From Pseudodesulfovibrio mercurii (GTDB lineage Bacteria; Desulfobacterota; Desulfovibrionia; Desulfovibrionales; Desulfovibrionaceae): a DNA stretch of 32,000 nucleotides. The DNA lies in assembly GCF_000189295.2 (NCBI RefSeq), contig NC_016803.1, positions 750,001-782,000 on the forward strand, given 5' to 3'. The notes beneath the pieces were generated by a model, which saw only the letters and a list, made by a program, of their open reading frames with translations, made no database searches and had not been told where the DNA came from. This document shows positions 22,069-30,901 of this stretch, piece by piece. The first letter of the stretch is position 1; every line of letters begins with the position of its first letter. The position numbers and the translations under genes were made by a program.

Positions 22069-24038
22069 GCCTCGCCCCCGGCCCCGGTGATGGCCTCCAT
22101 GCGCCCTTCCAGCTCGGCCATGCGCTCCATGAGGGTCTCGGCCCACTCGGTGGCGTCCTTGTAGGCCGCGTTGAGCCGGAGGGCCTCCTCGGGCTTCTCG
22201 TAGGTGGCGGGATCGTTCATCTTCGCTTCCAGTCCGGCCTGCTCGTCCAGGACCTTTTCCAGGTCCGCCTCGAGCTTGTCGTACTTCTTCTTCAGCGGCT
22301 TGAGCTCGCGGTAGAGGCGGTTGCGCTCCTCGGCCTGGCGGCGCTTCTCCTCCTTGGTCAGCTTGGGCTTCTCCAGGGAGTCCTCCGGGTCGCAGGCGGC
22401 CGGGTTGTTGCGGCAGGCCTCCTCCTGCTTCTGCCGGGCATGGAACGCCTCGAACCCGCCCACATGCTGGGTCAGTCCGTTGCCGTCCAGGGACCAGACC
22501 TCCTCGGCCACCTCGTTCAGGAGGTAGCGGTCGTGGGCCACGAAGAGCAACGTGCCCTCGTAGTCCTGGAGGGCCCGGATGAGCCCTTCGCGGGTTTCGA
22601 TGTCCAGGTGATTGGTGGGCTCGTCCAGGATGAGCAGGTTGGCCTTGGCCAGGAACAGGGTGGCCAGGAGCAGGCGGGACTTCTCGCCGCCGGACAGCCC
22701 CCGGACCTTGCGTTCGAAATAGGACTCGCCGAGCAGGAACAGGCCGAGGACGCTCATGACCTGCTCCTCGGTCAGGCCGGGGCTGGACAGCCGCCGGATC
22801 TCGCCCAGGACCGAGCTGTCCAGGTTCAGGATCTCGTGCTGGTGCTGGCTGAAATAGCCCATCTCCGTGCCCGGACCGATCTTGACGTGCCCGGCCGACG
22901 GGGTCAGGGACCCGGCGATGAGCTTGAGCAGGGTCGATTTGCCCGCGCCGTTTGGCGCGACAACGGCCACCTTCTTGCCCCGGAAGAGCTGGAAGTTCAG
23001 GGCGGGCCAGACCGGCTGGCCGCCCTGGTAGTGAAATTCGAGGTCCACCACGGAAATCGCGACCTTGTCGCCGCGCTTGGGCTCGGGCAACCGGAAGTTC
23101 AGGCTCCGGCCCCGGTGGTGGGAGGCCTGGACCTCCTTGATCTGGACCAGCTCACGCTCCAGCTTCTCGACCTTCTTGAGCTTGCTCTGGGCCTGGGCGG
23201 CCTTGCGCGCCTTCACGCGGAACTTGTTGATATACTTGTATTCGTTCTCGATCTTGGCCGACAGCTTGTCCGCTTCCTTACGCCGCTGCTCGCGGTTCTC
23301 CTCGTCCCAGGCCAGGAACTCGTCGAAGGAGCCCTTGCGCAGGAGCGGCTTGGCCCCGCCCAGGAAGAGCACGTGGGTGCCCACGCGGTTCAGGAAGATG
23401 CGGTCGTGGACCACGAAGGCCAGCGAGCCCCGGAAGTTGAGCAGGTAGTCCTCCAGCCACTCCACGGCCTCCAGGTCGAGGTGGTTGGTGGGCTCGTCGA
23501 GCAGGAGCACGTCCGCGCCCTGCAACAGGACCCGACCGAGCTTGGCCCGCTCGCGCCAGCCGCCGGACAGCTCGCCGATGCGCTTGTGCAGGTCGTCCTC
23601 GGCGAACCCCAGGCCGGTCAGGATGGCCCGGGCCTTGTGGTCCGGATTGTAGCCGTAGAGCTGCTCGAACTCGGCCTGGCGGTGGGCCAGCCGCTCGATG
23701 CGGGCGTTGTCGCCGTCGGCCACGGCCTTTTCCCACGCCTCCCAGAACTCGTTCCAGGAAGGCAGGGCGGAAAGGACCCAGGCCAGGAGCTGTTGCTCCA
23801 GGATATCGCCGGTCATCTCCTGGGCCACGTAGCCCACGCGGGCGCCCTTGGTCAGGGTGACCTGGCCGCCGTCGGGCTCGATCTCCCCGGCCAGGACCTT
23901 GAGCAGCGTGGACTTGCCGCAGCCGTTGGGGCCGGTCAGGGCCAGGCGCATGCCCGGCGTGACCTCGAAGGCCACGTCGGAAAAGATCGGGTGGCCGCCG
24001 TAGGATTTCTCGAGACTCTGTACTGTGATGCGGGACAT
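22065..24038 (-). CDS. ABC-F family ATPase (two ABC cassettes, no membrane domain, C-terminal coiled coil).
   Basis: Track ORF 22065..24521, trimmed to ATG 24038 (MSRITVQSLEKSYGG). There are two Walker A sites (GPNGCGKST, APNGAGKST) and two signatures (LSGGWRER, LSGGEKSR). The C-terminal tail is Lys/Glu-rich and helical. Confidence 0.9.
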   Translation of the reverse strand: MSRITVQSLEKSYGGHPIFSDVAFEVTPGMRLALTGPNGCGKSTLLKVLAGEIEPDGGQVTLTKGARVGYVAQEMTGDILEQQLLAWVLSALPSWNEFWEAWEKAVADGDNARIERLAHRQAEFEQLYGYNPDHKARAILTGLGFAEDDLHKRIGELSGGWRERAKLGRVLLQGADVLLLDEPTNHLDLEAVEWLEDYLLNFRGSLAFVVHDRIFLNRVGTHVLFLGGAKPLLRKGSFDEFLAWDEENREQRRKEADKLSAKIENEYKYINKFRVKARKAAQAQSKLKKVEKLERELVQIKEVQASHHRGRSLNFRLPEPKRGDKVAISVVDLEFHYQGGQPVWPALNFQLFRGKKVAVVAPNGAGKSTLLKLIAGSLTPSAGHVKIGPGTEMGYFSQHQHEILNLDSSVLGEIRRLSSPGLTEEQVMSVLGLFLLGESYFERKVRGLSGGEKSRLLLATLFLAKANLLILDEPTNHLDIETREGLIRALQDYEGTLLFVAHDRYLLNEVAEEVWSLDGNGLTQHVGGFEAFHARQKQEEACRNNPAACDPEDSLEKPKLTKEEKRRQAEERNRLYRELKPLKKKYDKLEADLEKVLDEQAGLEAKMNDPATYEKPEEALRLNAAYKDATEWAETLMERMAELEGRMEAITGAGGEA

Positions 24039-24137
24039 ATAATAATGGACCTTTTTCGTTTGGGCATGAGATATAATGGGTGAAGCGGATTGGCAACTGT
24101 TTTGACCGCGCGCGGTCCGATGGGTACACTGGCCCCC

Positions 24138-24425
24138 ATGAAGGCATGGCACGTCTACCTGCTCCGCTGCGCGGACAACAGCCTCTACTGCGGCATCACC
24201 AACGACCTGGACCGGCGGATCGCGGCGCACAACGCCGGAACCGCCTCCAAGTACACCCGGGCGCGGCTCCCGGTGTGCCTGGCGGCCAGCGCGGAGGTGG
24301 ACGGCAAGAGCGCGGCCCTGAAGCTGGAAATGCGCATCAAGAAGCTGCCCGCCGGACAGAAGATCGGGCTGCTGCTCGATCTTGCGCGGACCGGCGCGGG
24401 GTCCGGCCAGGCGGCGGACGGGTGA
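24138..24425 (+). CDS. GIY-YIG domain protein (small, UPF0213/YhbQ-like).
   Basis: Track ORF trimmed to ATG 24138. WHVYLLRCADNSLYCGITNDLDRRIAAHN is a GIY-YIG core. Confidence 0.82.
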   Translation: MKAWHVYLLRCADNSLYCGITNDLDRRIAAHNAGTASKYTRARLPVCLAASAEVDGKSAALKLEMRIKKLPAGQKIGLLLDLARTGAGSGQAADG

Positions 24426-24537
24426 CGGGCGGACGGCCTTTCGGGATACGATGCATTTCCTTGCATCCCGCCGTGTTTGCACGTATCTTGCCCGCAGTTC
24501 AGGCCTTTTCCGAACCGACAACCCGACGCGTCATCGC

Positions 24538-24783
24538 ATGCTGGAAGTAAGCACCCTATATCTCCTCCTGGCCATGTTCGGGTTCGTCCTCCTGGGGATC
24601 ATCGTGGTCCACCACCACAACTGCTCGGACATGATCCGCCGCAAGCGCAACGAGGTCCGGCGGCTGACCGTCCACCTCGAATCCAAGAACGCCGTCCTGG
24701 ACGAACAGATCGCGGACCTTAAGACCAAGGTGGACGACCTGACCGACCAGATATCCATCCTGGAGCAGCGGAAACGGCCATGA
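24538..24783 (+). CDS. Small membrane-anchored coiled-coil protein (81 aa).
   Basis: In frame within track ORF 24382..24783, starting at ATG 24538. N-terminal TM segment LYLLLAMFGFVLLGIIVV, then the heptad-like NAVLDEQIADLKTKVDDLTDQISILEQ. Codon usage is GC3-rich. The architecture resembles FtsB/FtsL-type proteins, but homology is not established. Confidence 0.65.
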   Translation: MLEVSTLYLLLAMFGFVLLGIIVVHHHNCSDMIRRKRNEVRRLTVHLESKNAVLDEQIADLKTKVDDLTDQISILEQRKRP

Positions 24784-25238
24784 TGACCTTCAGCATGCTC
24801 TTCGGCCTGGCCCTGGCCGCCTTCTTCATCATCTTCCGGATGATCTCCAAGTACCGCTACACGACCATGAACGAGCTGTACAACCTGCAAAACGAACTCG
24901 AGACCCGGCACCAATCCCTGCGCGACCGCAAGCGGGACCTGCAACGGGAGCTGACCACAAAGGAACAGGCCCTGGCCGCTCTGAAAAGCGATCGCGGCGA
25001 CGTCCGGAGCATCTCCGTGGCCGACCTGGAATCGGTCGAGATGGACGAGAACGAAAAGATGGGCCGCTACCTGCTCAACCAGGGCAAGATCACCCGGGAA
25101 CAGCACAACCGCGCCCTGAAGAAGATGGAAATCCTCAAGATGGACTACCTGGGCGTGTGCGTGGCCCTAGGCTTCATCGACCTGGAGACCGGCAAACAGG
25201 CCCTCAAGGCGGGCAAGCTCAGCACCCCCCGGCTCTAG
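24780..25238 (+). CDS. Membrane-anchored coiled-coil protein with a helical-repeat C-terminus (152 aa).
   Basis: Its ATG overlaps the upstream stop (ATGA). TM segment FGLALAAFFIIFRMI and coiled coil NELYNLQNELETRHQSLRDRKRDLQRELTTKEQALAALK are present. The C-terminal MGRYLLNQGKITREQHNRALKKMEILKMDYLGVCVALGFIDLETGKQAL resembles the GspE/MshE N-terminal helical repeat. Confidence 0.7.
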   Translation: MMTFSMLFGLALAAFFIIFRMISKYRYTTMNELYNLQNELETRHQSLRDRKRDLQRELTTKEQALAALKSDRGDVRSISVADLESVEMDENEKMGRYLLNQGKITREQHNRALKKMEILKMDYLGVCVALGFIDLETGKQALKAGKLSTPRL

Positions 25239-25250
25239 CCGCCAAATAAA

Positions 25251-25276
25251 AGGGCCGCATCGCAAACGACGCGGCC
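25251..25276. terminator. Intrinsic terminator between the convergent genes. It is strongest for leuB on the minus strand.
   Basis: gggccgc (25251-25257) pairs with gcggccc (25270-25276), extendable through tcg/cga. On the minus strand it is followed by TTTTATTTGG. Confidence 0.65.
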
Positions 25277-25300
25277 CTTCGACTCTTCTCTTGATCCGGA

Positions 25301-26368
25301 CTACATGTTCGCCAGCACGGCCTCGGCCATGGCGGTGCAGCCCACGCGCTTGCCGCCCTCCTGCATGATATCGCCGGTGCGGTAGCCCTGCTCCAGGGTC
25401 TTTTCCACGGCCCGCTCCACGCAGTCGGCCTCCTCGGCCATGTCGAAGGCGTGGCGCAGCATCATGGACACGGACAGGATGGTGGCCAGGGGGTTGGCCA
25501 GGTCCTTGCCCGCGATGTCCGGGGCCGAACCGTGGATGGGCTCGAACAGGCCGGGATTGCCCGCGCCGAGCGATGCCGACGGCAGCATGCCGATGGAACC
25601 GGTGATGGCCGCGGCCTCGTCCGACAGGATGTCGCCGAACAGGTTGCCGGTGACCAGCACGTCGAACTGGGACGGGTCGCGCACCAGTTGCATGGCCGCG
25701 TTGTCCACGTACAGGTGCGACAGCTCGATGTCCGGGTAGTTCTTGTGCTCGTCGATGACGATTTCGCGCCAGACGCGGGACACGTCCAGGACGTTGGCCT
25801 TGTCCACGGAGCAGACCCTGCCGGAACGCTTGCGCGCTGCCTCGAAGGCCACCTTGGCGATGCGCCGGATCTCGTGCTCGTAGTAGGTCATGGTGTTGTA
25901 GCCGAACCGCTCGCCATCCTTCTCGCCGTCAAAGCGTGGCTCGCCGAAATAGATGCCGCCAGTCAACTCGCGCACGACCATGACGTCCAGGCCGCGGGCC
26001 ACGATGTCCGGGCGCAGGTAGCAGGCGGCGGACAGCTGCTTGAACAGCTTGGCCGGACGCACGTTGGCGAACAGCCCGAGCTCCTTGCGGATGCCGAGCA
26101 AGCCCTTCTCCGGACGGATGGCCGGGTCGATGACGTCCCACTTGGGACCGCCCACCGCGCCGAGCAGCACCGCGTCCGAATCCTTGCATTTGGCCACGGT
26201 CCCGGCGGGCAGCGGCACGCCCTCGGCGTCGATGGCGCAACCGCCGATCAACGCCTCGGTGGTCTCGAAGGCGCGGCCGAACTTGTCGCCGACCTTGTCC
26301 AGAACCCGCAGCGCCTGGGCCACGATCTCCGGGCCGATGCCGTCGCCGGGCATTACACATATCTTCAT
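25301..26368 (-). CDS. leuB: 3-isopropylmalate dehydrogenase.
   Basis: [28 protein letters not shown] and GSAPDIAGK are present. AGGAG precedes the ATG. Confidence 0.95.
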   Translation of the reverse strand: MKICVMPGDGIGPEIVAQALRVLDKVGDKFGRAFETTEALIGGCAIDAEGVPLPAGTVAKCKDSDAVLLGAVGGPKWDVIDPAIRPEKGLLGIRKELGLFANVRPAKLFKQLSAACYLRPDIVARGLDVMVVRELTGGIYFGEPRFDGEKDGERFGYNTMTYYEHEIRRIAKVAFEAARKRSGRVCSVDKANVLDVSRVWREIVIDEHKNYPDIELSHLYVDNAAMQLVRDPSQFDVLVTGNLFGDILSDEAAAITGSIGMLPSASLGAGNPGLFEPIHGSAPDIAGKDLANPLATILSVSMMLRHAFDMAEEADCVERAVEKTLEQGYRTGDIMQEGGKRVGCTAMAEAVLANM

Positions 26369-26394
26369 CGCTCACTCCTGTTGTGCTGGAAGAT

Positions 26395-26662
26395 GCCTCC
26401 GGCGGCCCTACCGGGGGTCGCCTTCGGCGGGACCAGAGAACCTTTTGAAAAAGGTTCTCTGGACTCTCCAAAACTTTTTGTCGCGCCTTCGGCGGGGCCG
26501 TGGGGGCGCATGCTCAATGCCACTAACAAATTTATCGTCCCCCTACCCCGCGAAGCGGAACCAAAAAGTTTGGGAAAGGATGGGGGATGGGGGTCCGGGG
26601 GAAGGGGAAGGGACAACCCTTTTCAAAGGGTTTCCCTTCCCCTTCCCCCGGCCGCCGGAGGC
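26395..26662. repeat. Composite palindromic insert between leuD and leuB, bounded by 13-bp terminal inverted repeats.
   Basis: gcctccggcggcc (26395-26407) is the reverse complement of ggccgccggaggc (26650-26662). Inside are a 30-nt palindrome ccagagaaccttttgaaaaaggttctctgg (26433-26462) and a long imperfect inverted repeat (about 26466-26498 with about 26545-26575). Copy B of the hairpin repeat is also inside. Confidence 0.6.
26563..26662. repeat. Copy B of the ~100-nt hairpin repeat.
   Basis: aaaaagtttgggaaaggatgggggatggggg tccgggggaaggggaagggacaaccctttt c aaagggtttcccttccccttcccccgg ccgccggaggc. It has the same orientation and flanks as copy A (18531-18631). The stem spans 26595-26651. Confidence 0.85.
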
Positions 26663-26666
26663 CTTC

Positions 26667-27158
26667 TTAGGCCAGTTTCTTCTTGGCGTACTCGACCAGT
26701 CCGCCCGCATTCAGGATTTCCTGCATAAACGGGGGGACCGGGGCGGCCTGGACGGTGGCTCCGGTGGTCAGGTTCCTGATGACGCCGCTTGCCGTGTCCA
26801 CTTCGATCTGGTCGGTGTCGCTGAACTTGTCGATGTCGTCGCCGATCTCGAGCAGGACCAGGCCCATGTTGAAGCCGTTGCGGTAGAAGATGCGCGCGAA
26901 GCTGTGGGCCAGGACCACGGGGATGCCCGCGCCCAGGATGGAGATGGGCGCGTGTTCGCGGGACGAGCCGCAGCCGAAGTTCACGCCGCCGACCATGACG
27001 TCGTTCTCCTTGACCCGCTTGACCCATCCGGCCTCCAGGCCCTCCATGCAGTTGGCGCCCAGTTCCTTGGCGTCGGTGGTCACCAGGAAGCGGGCCGGGA
27101 TGATGGCGTCCGTATCGATATGGTCGCCCACTTTGTGAGCGGTTCCGGTTACTTTCAT
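26667..27158 (-). CDS. leuD: 3-isopropylmalate dehydratase small subunit.
   Basis: [18 protein letters not shown] and [15 protein letters not shown] are present. GGAGGG precedes the ATG. Confidence 0.94.
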   Translation of the reverse strand: MKVTGTAHKVGDHIDTDAIIPARFLVTTDAKELGANCMEGLEAGWVKRVKENDVMVGGVNFGCGSSREHAPISILGAGIPVVLAHSFARIFYRNGFNMGLVLLEIGDDIDKFSDTDQIEVDTASGVIRNLTTGATVQAAPVPPFMQEILNAGGLVEYAKKKLA

Positions 27159-27170
27159 TGTTGCACCCTC

Positions 27171-28430
27171 CTACAGCTTGGCCGGGTTGATGATCTCGCC
27201 GGCCACGGCGGAGGCGGCGGCCACGGCGGGGTTGGACAGGAAGACCTCGGACTCCAGGGAGCCCATGCGGCCCTTGAAGTTCCGGTTGGTGGTGGCGATG
27301 GCGCGCTCGCCGCCCGCCAGGATGCCCATGTGGCCGCCCAGGCAGGGGCCGCAGGTGGGCGGGCCCACGATGCAGCCCGCTTCCATGAAGATCTCCATCA
27401 GCCCTTCCCGCATGCACGCCTTCCAGATGGACGGGGTGGCGGGCAGGATGATGCAGCGCACCTTGGGATCGACCTTGCGGCCCTTGAGCACGCCGGCCGC
27501 CAGGCGCATGTCCTCGATGCGGCCGTTGGTGCAGGAGCCGATGACGGCCTGATGGATCTTGAGCCCGGCGGTCTCGTCCACGGGCTTGACGTTCTCGGGC
27601 AGATGCGGACAGGCCACCTGGGGGGCCATGCCGGTGACGTCGATGTCGAGCACGCGCTCGTACACGGCGTCCGCGTCGGCGGCCATGATCTCGCCGCCCT
27701 TGAACCCGGCCTTGGCGGCGTAGTCCAGGGTCTTCCGGTCCGCCGGGAACAGGCCGACCTTGCCGCCCGCCTCGATGGCCATGTTGGCGATGGTCATGCG
27801 CCCTTCCATGGTCATGGCGTCCACGACCTCGCCGCCGTATTCGAGCGCCTTGTAGAGCGCGCCGGACACGCCGAGGATGCCGATCTGATTGAGGACGAAA
27901 TCCTTGGGGCCGACGAACTCGCCGGGGGTGCCGGTCAGGTTCACGCGGATGGTCGGCGGGACCTTGAACCAGGTCTCGCCCAGCGCCATGGCCGCGCCGA
28001 TGTCGGTGGAGCCCATGCCCGTGGCGAAGGCGCCCAGGCCGCCGTAGGTGCAGGTGTGGGAATCCGCGCCCACGACCACGTTGCCGGGGCCGACGATGCC
28101 CTTCTCGGGCAACAGGGCGTGCTCCACGCCGACCTCGCCGCACTCGTAGTAATGGGTCACGCCCATTTCCTCGGCGAAGTCGCGGACCACCTTGACCTGT
28201 TCGGCGGAGTCGATGTCCTTGTTCGGAGTGAAATGGTCGCAGACCAGGGCCACCTTGTCCTTGTCGAACACCTTTTTCGCGCCCATGGCCTTGAAGGCCT
28301 TGGCGGCCAGCGGCGCGGTGACGTCGTTGGCGAGGACCATGTCCACCCGGCACTGGACGATCTGCCCGGGGCCGGTGACGGTCTGGTCCGTATGATTCTG
28401 CAGAATTTTTTCAGCTAAGGTCTGACCCAT
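27171..28430 (-). CDS. leuC: 3-isopropylmalate dehydratase large subunit.
   Basis: MGQTLAEKIL, DHFTPNKD, GADSHTCTYG, IGSCTNGRIEDM and CGPCLG (aconitase-family cluster ligands) are present. Confidence 0.95.
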   Translation of the reverse strand: MGQTLAEKILQNHTDQTVTGPGQIVQCRVDMVLANDVTAPLAAKAFKAMGAKKVFDKDKVALVCDHFTPNKDIDSAEQVKVVRDFAEEMGVTHYYECGEVGVEHALLPEKGIVGPGNVVVGADSHTCTYGGLGAFATGMGSTDIGAAMALGETWFKVPPTIRVNLTGTPGEFVGPKDFVLNQIGILGVSGALYKALEYGGEVVDAMTMEGRMTIANMAIEAGGKVGLFPADRKTLDYAAKAGFKGGEIMAADADAVYERVLDIDVTGMAPQVACPHLPENVKPVDETAGLKIHQAVIGSCTNGRIEDMRLAAGVLKGRKVDPKVRCIILPATPSIWKACMREGLMEIFMEAGCIVGPPTCGPCLGGHMGILAGGERAIATTNRNFKGRMGSLESEVFLSNPAVAAASAVAGEIINPAKL

Positions 28431-28434
28431 CTGA

Positions 28435-29967
28435 CTATTTCTCCTCTTTCGCTTTTTCCAAGCGGTTCAATGCGTTGACCATGGCCAAGGCGCTGGCCTT
28501 GACCACATCGCCGTCGTTGGCGCGGCCCACGGCCTTGACGCCGTCGTGCTCGATGCGCACGGCGACGCCGGCCAGGGCGTCGGACCCTTCGGTCACGGCG
28601 TTGACCGTATAACTTTCGAGTTTCGGGGATACGCCCACCAATGAGTAGATGGACTGGAACACGGCGTCAATGGAACCCTCGCCGAAATTGCTGGTTTTGC
28701 GCACCTCGGCATCGCCCTCGGCCCCGAACTCCATGACCGTGGCAGCGTGGGGCGGCACGTCGCCCGTGCCGGAGAACACGGACATGTCCACCAGCCGGAA
28801 GCGGTCCTTGCGGCGGTACACGGACTCCAGGATGAGCGCCTCCACGTCCTCGTCGAAGACCTGCTCCTTCTTGTCGGCCAGGTCCTTGACCGCCTTGAAG
28901 AGCACGTTGACCTGGGCCTCGTCCAGTTTGTAGCCCAGTTCCTCGGCCTTTTTGCGCACGGCGTGGGAGCCGGAGTGCTTGCCGATGACGATCTCGTTGG
29001 TGGTCAGGCCGATGGAGGCCGGGGTCATGATCTCGTAGGTCAGCCGGTTCTTGAGCACGCCGTCCTGGTGCACGCCGGACTCGTGGGCAAAGGCGTTGGC
29101 TCCGACGATGGCCTTGTTGGGCGGGATGGGCATGCCGATGATCTGGGACAGACGGCGGCAGGACGGGTACAACTGCTCGGTGTTGATGCCGGTCTCCACG
29201 CCGTACATCTCCTTGCGGGTGTTCAGGGCCATGACCAGGTCCTCCAGGGCCGCGTTGCCCGCGCGCTCGCCGATGCCGAGCACGGTGCACTCCACCTGGC
29301 GCGCGCCCGCCCTGACCGCGGCCAGGGAGTTGGCCACGGCCGAGCCCAGATCGTTGTGGCAATGGACCGAAATCATGGCCTTGTCCATGTTGCGGACGTT
29401 GTCCACGACGTACTTGATCATGTCATAGTATTCAAAGGGCTGGGCGTAGCCCACGGTGTCCGGGAGGTTGACCACGCAGGCCCCGGCGTCGATGGCCGTC
29501 TCGGTCACCTTGACCAGGAAGTCCCAGTCCGAGCGCGAGGCGTCCTCGGCCGAGAACTCCACGTTGTCCGTGTACTGGCGGGCATGGGCCACGGCCTTCT
29601 TGATCATCTCGATGACCTCGTCGGCGGTCTTGCCCAGCTTGTGCTTCATGTGGATTTCGCTGGTGGCCAGGAAGACGTGGATGCGCGGGTGCCGGGCGTC
29701 CTTGATGGCCTCCCAGCAGCGGTCGATGTCCTTGACCACGGCGCGGCACAGTCCGGCGATCTGCGGTTTCTCGACGGCCGAGGCAATGGCCTGGACCGCC
29801 TCGAAGTCGCCCTGGCTGGCGATGGGGAAGCCCGCCTCGATGATGTCCACGCCCAGGGTTTCGAGCTGACGGGCCATGCGGATCTTCTCGTCCAGGTTCA
29901 TGGTCGCGCCGGGAGACTGTTCGCCGTCACGCAAGGTGGTATCGAATACGTACACTCTTTCTGCCAT
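28435..29967 (-). CDS. leuA: 2-isopropylmalate synthase.
   Basis: Track ORF 28435..30090, trimmed to ATG 29967, which is preceded by GGAGGA. MAERVYVFDTTLRDGEQSPGATM, HCHNDLG and AHESGVHQDG are present, plus a C-terminal LeuA regulatory domain. Confidence 0.95.
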   Translation of the reverse strand: MAERVYVFDTTLRDGEQSPGATMNLDEKIRMARQLETLGVDIIEAGFPIASQGDFEAVQAIASAVEKPQIAGLCRAVVKDIDRCWEAIKDARHPRIHVFLATSEIHMKHKLGKTADEVIEMIKKAVAHARQYTDNVEFSAEDASRSDWDFLVKVTETAIDAGACVVNLPDTVGYAQPFEYYDMIKYVVDNVRNMDKAMISVHCHNDLGSAVANSLAAVRAGARQVECTVLGIGERAGNAALEDLVMALNTRKEMYGVETGINTEQLYPSCRRLSQIIGMPIPPNKAIVGANAFAHESGVHQDGVLKNRLTYEIMTPASIGLTTNEIVIGKHSGSHAVRKKAEELGYKLDEAQVNVLFKAVKDLADKKEQVFDEDVEALILESVYRRKDRFRLVDMSVFSGTGDVPPHAATVMEFGAEGDAEVRKTSNFGEGSIDAVFQSIYSLVGVSPKLESYTVNAVTEGSDALAGVAVRIEHDGVKAVGRANDGDVVKASALAMVNALNRLEKAKEEK

Positions 29968-30106
29968 GGTATCCTCCGGGATATTTCCCCCTGCGGGGGT
30001 ATGTTCTAAATGTTTGCCAATGGGTATGCAACCGCCAAACGCAAAACCCGCACGGGCAGCGTGGCGATCAGGGTCAGTACGACGTACCAATATGGGATGA
30101 GGAGAG

Positions 30107-30874
30107 CTAGCCTAGCTCTTTCTTGGAGCTGTCCCGTAGTAGTCGCTTGTTGGTACGGGATAGTAGGAAAAGGGTGTAGAGCGGGCCGGACACGAGGTAG
30201 CCCAGGAAGAAGACGAAGCCGAGCACCTTCGGGCGCGACGCGATGAGCGAGAAAAGCAGGATCGCGGTCACCATCCAGCTGAAGGGATGAGCCTTGAAGG
30301 CGCTGATTTCCTTGAAGGAGTAGAAACGGATGGTGCTGACCATGAAGAAGGACAGCACGTAGACCAGGACCAATGTGCCCACCGAAACCACGGAGTGCAT
30401 GTACTCCTGCGGCACGTATTCGGTGAAGAGGACCAGGGTGGCCAGGGTACAGGCCGCCGCCGGGATGGGCAGCCCCACGAAATGCTTCTTGGAGGAGGTC
30501 GCCGCCTGGACGTTGAACCGCGCCAGGCGCAGGGCCCCGCAGGCCATGAACAGGAAGGCGGCCATCAGGCCGAGGCGGCCGAAGTCGTTCAGGACCCAGA
30601 GGTAAGCCATGACCGCCGGGACCACGCCGAAGGCGACCAGGTCGGCCAGGGAGTCGAGCTGGACGCCGAATTCGCTCTGGGTGTTGGTGATACGCGCCAC
30701 CTTGCCGTCCAGCCCGTCGAACACGCAGCTGGCCAGGATGCACAGGGCGCAGGAGGCGATATCCCCCTGGATGGCCCAGGTCAGTCCCAGAAAGCCGACG
30801 AACAGGCTGGCCGTGGTCAGCAGGTTCGGCAAGAGATAGACACTCTTATGGCGCGGCAATTTCTTTTCTACCAT
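30107..30874 (-). CDS. pssA: CDP-diacylglycerol--serine O-phosphatidyltransferase.
   Basis: The CDP-alcohol phosphatidyltransferase motif DGLDGKVARITNTQSEFGVQLDSLADLV is present in a polytopic membrane protein. Confidence 0.92.
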   Translation of the reverse strand: MVEKKLPRHKSVYLLPNLLTTASLFVGFLGLTWAIQGDIASCALCILASCVFDGLDGKVARITNTQSEFGVQLDSLADLVAFGVVPAVMAYLWVLNDFGRLGLMAAFLFMACGALRLARFNVQAATSSKKHFVGLPIPAAACTLATLVLFTEYVPQEYMHSVVSVGTLVLVYVLSFFMVSTIRFYSFKEISAFKAHPFSWMVTAILLFSLIASRPKVLGFVFFLGYLVSGPLYTLFLLSRTNKRLLRDSSKKELG

Positions 30875-30901
30875 GGCGATCGGTTGCGTTCAGTCTCCGG
30901 G

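Noticed and set aside
24039-24137. TATAAT hexamer (24072-24077) between ABC-F and the GIY-YIG gene as a promoter.
   Set aside because: No acceptable -35 element lies at 16-18 nt on the plus strand. A lone -10-like hexamer in an AT-rich spacer is weak evidence.
24477-24491. Sigma-54-like promoter TTGCACG-tatc-TTGC, about 47 nt upstream of the small coiled-coil gene.
   Set aside because: The spacing and the -12 TTGC fit. However, the nearly invariant -24 GG is TG here, and no enhancer-binding protein gene or upstream activator site is evident. I kept it only as a weak possibility.
22065-24521. N-terminally extended versions of real genes in the track: ABC-F as 818 aa, leuA as 551 aa (to 30090), aor from 5367, sulfatase from 2449, the orphan from 5451, psd from 31612 and NUDIX from 22146.
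   Set aside because: The extensions are Arg/Pro-rich or AT-rich non-coding-like sequence, and some overlap neighbouring genes or promoters. Internal start codons with good Shine-Dalgarno sequences coincide with the canonical N-termini of the families.
29968-30106. Leucine leader peptide, attenuator or T-box upstream of leuA.
   Set aside because: There is no short ORF with consecutive Leu codons. Only small hairpins are present (ccccc-tgc-ggggg at 29988-30000, cccg-tg-cggg), none forming a convincing terminator/antiterminator pair.
30103-30119. Palindrome agagctag-c-ctagctct covering the pssA stop codon.
   Set aside because: The stem is short with a one-base centre, no U-tract follows, and it sits at the end of a CDS. 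It is most simply a chance palindrome around two TAG triplets.
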